Program-made: the position numbers and the translations under genes
The notes under the pieces: model-generated
Database searches by the model: none
Told to the model about the DNA's origin: nothing
What the model saw: the letters and a program-made list of their open reading frames with translations, nothing else
Shown here: piece by piece, positions 26,071 through 39,254 of the stretch
Layout: every line of letters starts with the position of its first letter
Position numbering within the stretch: position 1 is the first letter of the stretch
NCBI GenBank assembly: GCA_964016885.1
Contig: OZ024750.1
Location: forward strand, 35,030,001-35,094,000
Source of the DNA: Eledone cirrhosa
Taxonomy: Eukaryota
Reading direction: 5' to 3'
Length of the DNA stretch: 64,000 bases

Positions 26071-26479
26071 ATGGCAGACTTGATAACAATTGGAAATAAT
26101 GTTTTGACTTATTCTAAACCCATTGAGTTTATTTGATATTTTATATATCAATACATCATTAATATATTTTGATTAAAATTATTGATGTTTATTTCCAAAG
26201 TTGATCTTTAGTCATTAGTTTCTCCAAATAGTTAGGTTATTGATTTTTAAACATATTCTCACACTTTTCCATTTTATTTATTTCAAATATTTATAACTAT
26301 TTTCATATTTTTGTTGTTTTATTATTGTTATTTTGTTCTGATAGTATACATCCACTGCCAGCATATAGACTCCATCTTTCATCCATGTCCCTACATCTCG
26401 CACCCTTCATCAGATAAGTGCCCCACTCAAGATCTACCTCTCCAACCCCTATGCACATCTGCTCCACCCACCCCTCAGT

Positions 26480-27040
26480 TCACACTATAAAGTGGTTGTG
26501 ATGGTGTCTTGACATAAAGCACCCAGCCCACACTGTAAACTGGTCCTGTTCATAACACGACATAAAGCACCCAGCCCACAATGTAAAGTAGTCATGTTGG
26601 TGACATGACAAAAAGCACCCAGCCCACACTGTAAAGTGATCATGTTCATGACACGACATAAAGCACCCAGCCCACACTGTAAAGTGGTCATGTTGGTGAC
26701 ATGACAAAAAGCACCCAGCCCACACTGTAAAGTGATCATGCTGGTGACACGACAAAAAGCACCCAGCCCACACTGTAAAGTGGTCATGTTGGAGACATGA
26801 CAAAGAGCATCCAGCCCACACTGTAAAGTGGTCGTGTATGTGTCTCGATAAAAAGCACCCAGCCCACACTGTAAATGTGGTTGGCATTAGGAAGGGCATC
26901 CAGTCATAGAAACCAAGCTGAAATCAGTTCCACTATGAGCAAGTCATGGTCATCTGATCTAGTTTGTCTCCCAATGGGACAACTCATTTAATCCATAGAA
27001 GCTAGGAAAAATGGATGTTAAATGGTGATGATAATGATGA
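26480..27040 (+). repeat. SINE-B 3' part with an internal 48-bp segment amplified about 8 times
   Basis: AAAGCACCCAGCCCACACTGTAAAGTGGTCATG.. units run into the GGTTGGCATTAGGAAGGGCATCCAG tail. Confidence 0.85.
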
Positions 27041-27107
27041 TATATCTACAATGGACTTTTAAAAGACAATAACATTTTCAATTTATGTAACATCATTTTT
27101 GTTCAGA

Positions 27108-27282
27108 TTGGCAGTATTGGTAGAGGGTCAGATGCCATGCTTTGCAGCATAGAATTACGGCCTGAGTTCAAATCCCGCAGAGGTTAACTTTGCCTTTCAT
27201 CCTTACAGGGTCAATAAAATAAAGTACCAGTAATGCACTGGAGTAATTGCTGGCCTTCTGCCAAAAGTAGAAACAATTATTT
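27108..27282 (+). mobile_element. SINE family A
   Basis: Family motifs. Confidence 0.85.
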
Positions 27283-27484
27283 TTGTTGTCAAGTTGGCTT
27301 TCAATTTAATGAATTGAACATTTTCTCAGTTTTAGTTTGTGATCTCAAAATGTTTATAAATTTGTTTATTTGTCATCAAACCTAAAATAAAATACACAAA
27401 TTCAGACGAATTGACACACATATTAGGTATTTATACAAAATTGTCTTATTTTTCTTTTTTGGTGTGTGTGTAAATAAAAGTAGC

Positions 27485-27900
27485 CAACATAGGGTTCCTT
27501 TGAAGGGTCTTTGGAGTAGCATTACTTGATAGAGTGCATAGCTCAGAGATCAGGGAGTTGCTCCAGGTAGAGTTGAATTAAAGTGGCTGAAATGGGGTTC
27601 CTCTGAAGGTTTTTGGAATAATGTTACTCGATACATTGCGTAGCTCAGAGATGAGAGGGTCACTCCAGGTAGAGCTGCTACTTTTCTGAATTGAGAAATC
27701 ATAGCTCTGATACTACAGGGATGTGGTTAGAATGTCTCAGGAAAGAATGGCTGGACAGATTTTATAGGAAAACCAACTGGCAAGATCGTTGGATAACATT
27801 CTATGAGCTTGGTTTATCTCGTTTGGGGATCCAACCAGATCAATTGTAGATGTTTGCTGCTGACAGAACCTGCCAGAAGGAGTGTTTGAGGACTCAGCCC
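27485..27900 (+). mobile_element. Expander/Rex3-like RTE 3' fragment with local duplication
   Basis: GCTGAAATGGGGTTCCTCTGAAGG..CTCCAGGTAGAG; inverse of 25045-25445. Confidence 0.65.
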
Positions 27901-28174
27901 CCCCCCCCCCCCGACATTCGCTGGAATAAGTGGGTGGAGAAGATTGGAAAATCTTTTGTACAGCTAGTTATGACAGGGTTATGATTTTCTTTATTGAAAT
28001 GTCAAATTGGTCTATTTTAGATTCAGTATTTATAATTATCATAAGGCAGATAGATGACTTAGTGGTTAGGGTATTCAGTTCATGATCATAAGGTCATGAG
28101 TTCGAATCCCGGCAGCGTATTGTGCCCTTCAACACTATATTTCATGTTGTTCTGGTCCATTCAGCTTGTAAAAA

Positions 28175-28502
28175 TGGCTTAGTGGTTAGAGCATTGGCCT
28201 TGCAATCGAAAGGTTGTGAGTTCAATTCTCAGACCGGGTCATGTGTTGTTTCCTTGAGCAAGACACTTTATTTCACATTGCTCCAGTTTACTCAGCTGTA
28301 GAAATGAGATGATAGGGACTGAGGTCCCTATCATTCCACTGCAAAGTGGTTGTGGAGGTGCCACGGCAAAAAAAAGCACCTAGCACTCACTGTAAATGAG
28401 GTTGGTGTTAGGAAGGGCATCCAGCTGTAGAAATCAAGCCAGAATCAGTTCCCGTCCCACCCTTGCAAGCAGGGAAAAAGCGGACGTAAAATGAAATGAT
28501 GA
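28175..28502 (+). mobile_element. SINE family B (tRNA head, CORE-like domain, RTE-derived tail)
   Basis: A box TGGCTTAGTGG, B box GAGTTCAATTC, CCTTGAGCAAGACACTT, tail GGTTGGTGTTAGGAAGGGCATCCAG shared with the RTE 3'UTR. Confidence 0.85.
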
Positions 28503-28650
28503 ATTCGAAGCCTCATCACATTGTGTCACACTGAATTGCCTTGAAAACTACATAAGGGTATGTATGCCAATCAGATGCTCACACACTGGCTTAGTAATTT
28601 CATGTGTTAACTGTTCTGTTGATTGTATCAACTGAAACACTCATTGTCTT

Positions 28651-28889
28651 AAACCCGCCAGATAGTCCACGCTGTAATGTGGGCGTGTAGGCAACACGGT
28701 AAAAACCTCCCAGCCCCACACTGTAAATGTGGTTGGTGTTAGGAAGGGCATCCAGCTGTACAAAACCCGCCAGACAGTCCTATGCGAGCAAGACAACCAC
28801 TCTTGCCTCAAGTGGGAAAACTCCCGTCAAAACCCATGCAAGCGTGGAACACGGACGTTAAACGATTATGATGATGATGATGATGATGA
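28651..28889 (+). mobile_element. RTE 3'UTR, 5'-truncated
   Basis: Matches the reverse complement of 33640-33870; (GAT)n tail. Confidence 0.85.
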
Positions 28890-30074
28890 ACAGAGTGTCA
28901 TTTTTTAAAATTTGTATATAGATAGAAGACGGTGAGATTGATCAGAGATTTCAGGACACAATCATAAAGCAATGAACTAATTAACTACCTATTTCTGACT
29001 TTTGTTTTGTTTTCATTGTTCTACACACACACACGTACACATAATATATAGATATAGATATCAAAATATAGATATCAAAATATAGATATCATAATATATA
29101 GATATAGATATCAAAATACTATTTAGAATTATCTATATATAAATTTCTGCAATTCTGTCACAACACGTAAAGAGAGAGGAGTAGTTTGACTACCTCATAC
29201 TACTCCTCTCTTTTGCTGTCTGTGTGAATGTATGTGTGTGTAAATGGAAGGAAGGGGATGGTGAAAAAACTACGGTGTGTGTGAGTATATGTATTTGCAT
29301 GAATGTATGTGTGTATTTGTGTGATTGTATATGTGTTTGTGTGAGTGTATGTGTGTGTTTGTGTGATTATATGTGTATTTGTGTGAATGTATGTCTATGA
29401 GTGTATATTTTTGTAAGCGTGTCTGTGTTTGCATGTTTATATTTATACACTCATATACATATACACACATGCGTCAGTGTATGGAAATTCTAAAGATGTT
29501 CAAGAATCAAGGTTATTAATATTTAAAACAAACAAAAACAAGTCAAAAAAACAAACCATGAAACTGTACTTAGCCTCAAAGTTTACAAAATATTTAGCAG
29601 CTTTTGAGAATTTTCTTTAATTTTATTCCAGGAAACATTTAATTAAGCATAACAAATAACGGATTGCATTCCCAAGCCAATTGTTATCTTTACTTAACTG
29701 TATTTTATTATCAAAACGAGATGAAGAAGAATGGAAAAGACATGAGAGAAGATGTAAAATAAGTCAGTTTAAGAAAACAAGATGTCTCCCTCTTCACATT
29801 ATCGTTGTCAGATTCTACCGACTATATATCTTATAATTAAAACTGTGCAGTATATAGAACTTATATACAAATATTCTTGTCTGCCTCTAGTTATGTTTAT
29901 GGAGATTATGGCTAGTTCGAAAGTAGTCAGAATTGAGAAGAAATAACTAGAAAAGATCAGTTTCTTGTCAGTTCATCATGGTAGTTTATTTTATTCAATT
30001 TCATTTAATTATGATGCATAAAAATATACATCTATTTTGATGGCACAGAGAGAGACACACACATATATTATCTA

Positions 30075-30876
<802 letters not shown>

Positions 30877-31021
30877 CGAGCCAAAATAACAACAGGCTAC
30901 CACAATTGTCTCTGAGTCAAAAACTAAAACACACTTATTTTCTTCTCTGTTTTTTCTCTGCTTTTTTCCTTAAAGCCTCTTGGAATGTGTTTACCATCAT
31001 TCCTTTGGTATACAACTATTA

Positions 31022-31092
31022 TGCAATATACACCTGATGATGTCACCAGGTTCATATGCAACCTAGCCACTGAAATGTCCATAGTGTTTGCA
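31022..31092 (+). ncRNA. Decayed type I hammerhead ribozyme
   Basis: Stem I ACAC/GTGT (extended by TGCAA/TTGCA), CTGATGA, partial stem II AGGTT/AACCT, GAAA, stem III ATG-TC-CAT, AUA cleavage triplet. Confidence 0.5.
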
Positions 31093-31165
31093 GAAATAAT
31101 TAAATGAATTCAACCTGTCCGGCCTCTTGTCATTTTACTTTATAATATATATGTGTGTGTGTGTC

Positions 31166-31214
<49 letters not shown>

Positions 31215-31702
31215 TTTGATGGTGCAGAAATGTACTGAAATATAAATCTATTTTGATGACAGAGAAACGTATAGAAATACACATCGATTGTGATGACAGA
31301 GAAAGACAGAAATATACATCAGTTTTAACGGTACAGTAAGGTACAAAAATATACATCTGTTGTGGTGACAGACATAGGTACAAAAATATACATCTGTTGT
31401 GGTGACAGACATAGGTACAAAAATATACATCTGTTTTGATGGCAGACAAAATTATAAAAATATACATCTGTTGTGGTGACAGACAAAAGTACAAAAATAT
31501 ACATCTGTTGTGGTGACAGACAAAGGTACAAAAATATGCATCTGTTGTGGTGACAGACAAAGGTACAAAAATATGCATCTGTTGTGGTGACAGACAAAGG
31601 TACAAAAATATACATCTGTTGTGGTGACAGACAAAGGTACAAAAATATGCATCTGTTGTGGTGACAGACAAAGGTACAAAAATATGCATCTGTTTTGATG
31701 GC
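31215..31702. repeat. 37-bp minisatellite, about 12 copies
   Basis: AGGTACAAAAATAT(A/G)CATCTGTTGTGGTGACAGACAA; a related unit lies near 30020. Confidence 0.92.
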
Positions 31703-31800
31703 GAGGATCCATACTGTCATATTTACAATTCCTTTGATGTTTTGATCTATATTTCAAAGCTTTTGACTAACAATAAATCTTCTGTTTTTTTCTATTTCAG

Positions 31801-31856
31801 GATTCTTTGATGCATCAAAGCTTTGTAAAGCTTGTAGGCCTGAGATTCAAATTCAG
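31801..31856 (+). other. Putative 56-nt internal exon of an unidentified host gene
   Basis: Acceptor TTTTTTTCTATTTCAG, donor CAG|GTAAAT; two open frames (FFDASKLCKACRPEIQIQ or DSLMHQSFVKLVGLRFKF). Confidence 0.45.
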
Positions 31857-32339
31857 GTAAATATTAATTCTTTTGTCTTTGAAGCAGTAAAATACAGTAA
31901 AATATATAAATGTTGGTACTACCCTTTACTCCACAACTATAACTTTTTCTTGTTTTTATGACTAATAAATTTGTTATAAACACCAAAGAGTATAAAGCAG
32001 TTTTCCTAGTTGTCTTGACATTGTGGTTCAGAGAGTTTGAATAATAAAATAGAATTTCATTATTGAAATCATTATATTAGAGAAACAAATTTACTGCTTT
32101 AAAATTAATTGTGTATTCTTAGATTAACTAAATCCTTAGCTAAATATATTTTAATCACATAGTTAAATGTTTGTTTGATCTAGGTAAGTACAGGTTTTTA
32201 CACAAGAAAGATAGTATTTATATTTTTTTCCTCAAAAATGGCTGACGGAATACACATGCCTTTTTTTAAATTTTTGTTTTTTCGTTTCTTCCTCTTCTCC
32301 TTCTCTATCTTTCTATTTCATCTTTTATTTCTCATTCTA

Positions 32340-32375
32340 TCTTCCGATGAAGGACTAGTGTCTGATACGTGAAGA
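32340..32375 (+). ncRNA. Degenerate minimal hammerhead motif, same family as 7741-7838
   Basis: TCTT-CCGATGA-A-GGAC-TAGT-GTCT-GATAC-GT-G-AAGA, with stem I TCTT/AAGA. Confidence 0.45.
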
Positions 32376-32732
32376 CTCTTTTCCTACTATATCAAGTGTT
32401 AAACTAATATATTTCTCCATTATATTGTGTTGTATGCTTTGTTGTTTCTGTTTATTTTTTGCACACACACATATATATATATGTATGTGTATGCCTGTGT
32501 GTGTAAAATGCTACACAAACATGTATATACTTGTATAAAATTTCTCTTAAATTTCCCTTCAGATAGACATTAACTTTATTAATGTTGTCTGTCATTAATT
32601 CATAGAATCACCAGAAGTCTGTTGTTATATATATATATGTATGTATTTGTAAGATTTATAACTCTATGTAGAGAAGCTCAAAAGATTTCTAAAGAAGGAA
32701 TTGTCTTACTTTTTATCCTTTGTCTTAATATA

Positions 32733-33280
32733 TGAGGGTGTTTCAAAAAGTTCATGGAAAAGGACAGTTGGAAAAAAGGGTTTAAGTTATGATGTTTATT
32801 TTTCAACATATGCTCCATCTAGGTCAATACACTTCTGAAAGCATTGATACCAGTCTTTAAGTCCATCTGTGTAAACTGAGGGCCATGTGATTTAAACCAT
32901 GTCAAAGCAGCTATTTTTACATCTTCAACTGCGGATCATCTTCAACCTCATCTCTTCCACTTCTAAAACGACTTATCCATTTGTAGGTTATTGATTTCTT
33001 TGGGGGCATTGTCCCCATAAACTTGCTCCAGAGCGTCAATAATTTGGCTGCTCTTCCACTCGAGCTTCACCATAAATTTGATGGTTTGATGGAGGCCATG
33101 TTGTTTGAGCTGGTGCTGACTTATGACTGGTTGTGCAGTGTTGCAACATGCATTTAAGGATTCATGTCAGAACATGTTATAACACGTTAGTACAAGAACG
33201 TACACATGCATCAAGATCAAAATCCCTGCATTTGATTTTTAGCTATGTACTTTTTCCATGAACTTTTTGAAGCTCCCTCC
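32733..33280 (-). mobile_element. Internally deleted mariner (Hsmar2/irritans-like)
   Basis: TA-flanked TIRs GAGGG..TTCAAAAAGTTCATGGAAAA; transposase N-terminus IKFMVKLEWK..IIDALEQVYGDNAPK fused to C-terminus WYQCFQKCIDLDGAYVEK*. Confidence 0.9.
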
Positions 33281-33635
33281 TATCTAAAGTTAACCACGAA
33301 ATTCCTTCAAATGTAAAAAGAAAGTGTCATGTCATAGGTTTGTAATTAAAATGCTGTAAAGGATGCATAAGCTATCAACTACTTTTATGGAACCTTCCCA
33401 ACATTGCAAAAATGTTGTTTCACTGATGCCCTTACTACCACCTTTCCCTGTGAATCTGTCACATACAAAGTTTACCTGTTTTTGTTAGTTTGCCTACAAT
33501 CCCACTACACCTCTTGTGTACCCAAGATTTTCATTGTGTACATGATATAGAATTTCTACCTACTCCTTTTCTACATATTGAGTACAGCCACTTCATTGAT
33601 GGGATCAGCATTCTGTCTTCTTACCTACTTATTAA

Positions 33636-34140
33636 TCATCATCATCATCATCATCATCAGGTTTAGCGTCCGTGCTCCACGCTTGCATGGGTTTGGACGG
33701 GGGTTTTCCCACTTGAGGCAAGAGTGGTTGTCTTGCTCGCATAGGACTGTCTGGCGGGTTTTCTACAGTTGGATGCCCTTCCTAACACCAACCACATTTA
33801 CAGTGTGGGGCTGGGAGGTTTTTACCGTGTTGCCTACACGGCCACATTACAGCGTGGACTGTCTGGCGGGTTTTCTACAGCTGGATGCCCTTCCTAACAC
33901 CAACCACATTTACAGTGTGGGGCTGGGAGGTTTTTACCGTGTTGCCTACACGGCCACATTTACAGCGTGGACTGTGTGTTTTTTGTCGTGACACCTACAC
34001 GATCTCATTTGTTTCGGCCTGGATGTTGTGGGACCAACATAACTTTACATTGAAAGGGGTGGTGTGGATGGGGTGGGGGTAGTGGGACGGGGGTGTGTTT
34101 TGATAGAGATGCCTACTGACTGTAGTAGGTTTTTACTTTA
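33636..34140 (-). mobile_element. RTE 3'UTR carrying a 112-bp internal duplication
   Basis: Nearly identical to 34590-35100. Confidence 0.9.
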
Positions 34141-34404
34141 TATTTAATTTATATCCTGAAATACTGTTATGTATAATCTCAGTTATATAGTACAACTCAG
34201 ACTTTACCTTTTATTTAGTTAAATTAAATGCAAAATTTATGAAAATTTTGCATTTATTTTGCTTCAAAATATGGATTTCAACTGTGGATGTATTTTATTT
34301 ATTTTATTTTATATTTTATGTAAAAACCTCTAAAACTAAACTTTGCCTTTAAATTACTGTCATATCGAATGACTAGACGTAAACACACACACACACACAC
34401 ACAC

Positions 34405-34535
34405 ACCAGGTCCGAATACAGAGGAGCCAAACTCCCACTGTCATCACCTCCATCTCTCATTATTATGAGCAAATAGAGTCCCACACGCTGGCTGCCCATT
34501 TCCCCAACAGACAGAATAGAGAAGGTGTTTCCCCA
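34405..34535 (-). mobile_element. 3' tail of CRE-like retrotransposon
   Basis: Reverse complement resembles 54180-54330. Confidence 0.55.
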
Positions 34536-34589
34536 TTAAACCCATATTTTTACTAAAATAGTGATGTGAGCTTCATTTTTCTATCACTT

Positions 34590-35800
34590 CATCATCATCA
34601 TCATCATCATCAGGTTTAGCGTCCGTGTTCCACGCTTGCATGGGTTTGGACGGGGGTTTTCCCACTTGAGGCAAGAGTGGTTGTCTTGCTCGCATAGGAC
34701 TGTCTGGCGGGTTTTCTACAGTTGGATGCCCTTCCTAACACCAACCACATTTACAGTGTGGGGCTGGGAGGTTTTTACCGTGTTGCCTACACGGCCACAT
34801 TACAGCGTGGACTGTCTGGCGGGTTTTCTACAGCTGGATGCCCTTCCTAACACCAACCACATTTACAGTGTGGGGCTGGGAGGTTTTTACCGTGTTGCCT
34901 ACACGGCCACATTTACAGCGTGGACTGTGTGTTTTTTTGTCGTGACACCTACACGATCTCATTTGTTTCGGCCTGGATGTTGTGGGACCAACATAACTTT
35001 ACATTGAAAGGGGCGGTGTGGATGGGGTGGAGGTGGTGGGACGGGGGGGGGGGGGGGGTGATGGAGATGCCTACTGACTGTAGTAGGTTTTTACTTTGTA
35101 TTTAGGTAAGGCGGGTCTTCTCTATTACTGAGTACCGCCAAAGGTCTCGGTCCAGTGACATTGTCTTGGAGAGGTGTAAGCGTGTGAGGTCGGAATTTAT
35201 CAGCTTGTCCCATGTTTTTCTGGGTCTGCCTACTCCGTGGCTACCGTCTATCTTTATTGCCCTGCACTTCGTTATACAGCTGTCGTCTTTCATGCGCATC
35301 ACGTGACCGTACCAACGTAGCCTTCTCTCGAGTAAACAACATCTGATCCCTCTTATTTCTAATTTTTTCCTGAGTTCGTTTATGCTTTGCCGTTCACGTA
35401 TATTACTATTGCACATCCAGCGGAGCATGCAAGCTTCGTTCCTCTCTAGTCTGCGTATATCCTCTGCACACAATGCCCAGGTCTCACTGCCATGCAGCAT
35501 TGCTGTTCGTATGCAGGCATCGTATAACCTGCCTTTCATTTTTAGGGAGAACCCTCTAGCGGCTAATAGTGGTATAAGCTCTCTGAACTTTTTCCATCCA
35601 GTTCTGACTCTAGCTACTGTACTTTCAGAGCACCCTCCCCCACTGCTGATTTTGTCACCCAGGTAACGGAAGCTGTCCACTATTTCTATAGAACCCTCTG
35701 CGCAGTTGAAGGAGCTAGTATTTTGTGGGCACTTGCTGCTACTTATTGCACCAGAGCACCGGCCACATGTAAAATCTATGTTACTTGTGTAATATAATCT
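34590..35800 (-). mobile_element. RTE LINE, 5'-truncated; open C-terminal ORF 35102-35818 plus 3'UTR
   Basis: FRYLGD, MLHGSETW, LRWYGHVMRM, GRPRKTW motifs. Confidence 0.93.
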
Positions 35801-36173
35801 TTCTCTAGATATGTACAAAGCTCTGGGTTATTTTTCTTTTTGATAATTGAAAAGGGAACAAGTGACACTAAGGCCCTTGTCCTTTCCCTTCGTTTTCCAT
35901 TTCATTTTTTTTTTAATATATATTTTCTTGTTTTACATTCTTTCTTCTCAATCTAAATTTTTTTTCCTTTTCTCTTAATAAATTACATCATTATGTGGAA
36001 CGAGAAGAACAGTTTCTTGCAAAGAAAAAAAAAAGCACTTATGCTATAAAAAAAATCATTAAACTAATATTCTATTTAGAATAGCCGAATGATTTCCAGC
36101 TACGAATTTTGAGAATGATGTAAACAAAATATTTATGAGTTAAATTTGTAGAAAATACTAATGGATTCTCTAA

Positions 36174-36365
36174 TCTATATACTACTAAAACTCTGTGATT
36201 GTATGCTTGTCTGTAATTTAATACAGCCAAAACAGCGCATGATGGGAAAATACTTTGAAAGGAAGTTTTCCCTGAAATGGGAATACAAATGGAACAAAAC
36301 AAGTTTCATGTAATCGGAACACAGGTTCCTGAGATATGGGCTTTTTCTGGGTACCTTCATCAATA
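36174..36365 (+). mobile_element. Helitron-like 5' fragment (same family as 12558 and 14266)
   Basis: A|TCTATATACTACTAAAACTCTGTG head and shared body. Confidence 0.65.
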
Positions 36366-36849
36366 GCCAACAGCTCCGTGATAACCAATCAGATCGCTAG
36401 CGCGCTTACCGTTGTTTTTCTTTTCCGAAAAGCCTTAGTGCAGTGAAGTTAAAGACAGTCAGGAAGAGATCCCACTTAAGTTACAACTAGACTACAAATG
36501 ACAATAGAAATGATAAGTGTTTCTTTGTTGCTGTTAGATTCCCTTATTTTAGTTGTCTTACATAAACTAGCTATCACCTGTGATCACAACATTGAAGTTA
36601 TTTAAAGTTGGAATCAGCAGATGGAAAATCTCATCAATGTTTCTTAAAGGTTTTAAATAGGAGATTTTATTACATGGGTATATAGCAAGAGATAAATGTA
36701 TTGTTGGATATGTAATGGTAAATAGCAGCAGATAAATAGCAGCAGATAAATGTATTGTTGGATATGTAATGGTAAATAGCAAGCGATAAATGTATTGTTG
36801 TATATAATAATAATGAAAATATTGTGTACAGGGCTCAGGTGCACTACAA

Positions 36850-37070
36850 CTCATCAAAAGTGTATGTATAGTACATAGGATAATGTACAAACGTCAGGAA
36901 AATGATCAGTGCATGAGTCATGATATATACGTGTGCATGTGTATGGAAGGTGGACATCAGGTGTAGTTTTGGCGAATTTCGGGAAGCATGATGGTTTTAA
37001 AGGATGCGCTGTCTCGGCAGCTAACAACTGACGCAGGCAGTTTGTTCCATGCTTCAGCAACTCTAAGCGT
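36850..37070 (-). mobile_element. CR1/L2-group LINE 3' end
   Basis: LRVAEAWNKLPASVVSCRDSASFK motif. Confidence 0.6.
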
Positions 37071-37391
37071 AATGGTAAATAGCAGCAGATGTACCTTCCA
37101 TTGAATATTGATGATAATGATGTGTGTGGTGGTGATGATGATGTGTGGTGGTGATGATGATGTGTGGTGGTGGTGGTGGTGATGATGTGTGGTGGTGATG
37201 ATGATGCGTGGTGGTGATGATGATGTGTGTAGTGGTGGTGGTGATGATGTGTGTGGTGATGATGATGTGTGTGGTGGTGGTGGTGATGATGATGGTGACA
37301 ATGATGATGATGTGTGAGAAATATGAAACTGATGTTTCTTGAAGGTAAACAATTACAAATCTGACAATGCAACATTTAAGCTAATAAATAA

Positions 37392-38835
37392 TATACCTGT
37401 ATAGCTGTATAGTTGTATACCTGTATACTTGTATAGCTCTATAGCTGTATAGCTATATATCTGTATAGCTGTATACCTGTATAGCTGTATAGCTGTATAC
37501 CTGTATAGCTGTATAGCTGTATAGCTGTATACCTGTATAGCTGTATACCTGTATAGCTGTATACCTGTATAGCTGTATAGCTGTATAGCTGTATACCTGT
37601 ATAGCTGTATAGCTGTATACTTGTATACCTGTATAGCTGTATACCTGTATAGCTGTATAGCTGTATAGCTGTATACCTGTATAGCTGTATACCTGTATAG
37701 CTGTATACCTGTATAGCTGTATACCTGTATAGCTGTATAGCTGTATACCTGTATAGCTGTATAGCTGTATAGCTGTATACCTGTATAGCTGTATACCTGT
37801 ATAGCTGTATAGCTGTATAGCTGTATACCTGTATAGCTGTATAGCTGTATAGCTGTATACCTGTATAGCTGTATAGCTGTATAGCTGTATACCTGTATAC
37901 CTGTATACCTGTATATCTGTATAGCTGTATACCTGTATAGCTGTATAGCTGTATACCTGTATAGCTGTATAGCTGTATAGCTATATACCTGTATAGCTGT
38001 ATACCTGTATACCTGTATAGCTATATACCTGTATACCTGTATAGCTGTATACCTGTATACCTGTATAGCTATATACCTGTATACCTGTATAGCTGTATAG
38101 CTGTATACCTGTATAGCTGTATACTTATATAACTGTATAGCTATATACCTGTATACCTGTATACCTGTATAGCTGTATAGCCATATACTTGTATACCTGT
38201 ATACCTGTATAGCTGTATAGCCGTATACCTGTATACCTGTATAGCTGTATACTTGTATAACTGTATAGCTGTATACCTGTATACCTGTATAACTGTATAG
38301 CTATATACCTGTATACCTGTATAACTGTATAGCTATATACCTGTATAGCTGTATAGCTGTATACCTGTATAGCTGTTTACCTGTATAGCTGTATAGCTGT
38401 ATACCTGTATAGCTATATACCTGTATACCTATATACCTGTATACCTGTATAGCTGTATAGCCGTATACCTGTATACCTGTATAGCTGTATACTTGTATAA
38501 CTGTATAGCTATATACCTGTATAGCTGTATAGCTGTATACCTGTATAGCTGTATACCTGTATACCTGTATAGCTATATACCTGTATACCTGTATAGCTGT
38601 ATACCTGTATAGCTATATACCTGTATACCTATATACCTGTATACCTGTATAGCTGTATAGCTGTATACCTGTATAGCTGTATACTTATATAACTGTATAG
38701 CTATATACCTGTATACCTGTATACCTGTATAGCTATATACCTGTATACCTGTATAGCTGTATACCTGTATACCTGTATAGCTGTATACCTGTATAGCTGT
38801 TTACCTGTATAGCTGTATAGCTGTATACCTGTATA
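37392..38835. repeat. 8-bp satellite (CTGTATAS)n, about 180 copies
   Basis: Mixed CTGTATAG and CTGTATAC units. Confidence 0.97.
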
Positions 38836-39062
38836 TTATCAGGAACATCTTTCTAGTTGTTTTAGAAACACTGGTGGTGATGGTGATGGTGGTGGTGATG
38901 ATGGTGGTGGTAGTGGTGATAGTGGTGGGTTCCTTAATTCTTAAGTTGCCCACATTTCTATCACTGGCTTTAATGGTAACGGTAATATGTTCGTTGATGT
39001 TGCTACATTTGTCAATGTGTTTTTTGAATGAGGATGCATGTGTGTTGTCTAAAAGTCTAAAG

Positions 39063-39250
39063 TCTGTCTTGAGCCAGAAGGCTCATTTGGCCGGTGCTTA
39101 TCCTGGGTTCATGGCGTGAAGCGACTGAGAGTACAAGACTCCCCCCCCCCTGGACAGGAAGCCAGTCCATCGCAGGGTTAAACCGCCAGCTATTGCTGGT
39201 ACTCATTTCCAGCTGAGTATACTGGAGCAACGTGAAATGAAGTGTTTTTT
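39063..39250 (-). mobile_element. SINE tail (family of 3550-3820)
   Basis: GGTACTCATTT..AGCTGAGTATACTGGAGCAACGTGAAATGAAGTG. Confidence 0.75.
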
Positions 39251-39254
39251 AGCA

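Noticed and set aside
25502-26089. Thr/Ile-rich mucin-like ORFs
   Set aside because: Products of the inverted trinucleotide tract.
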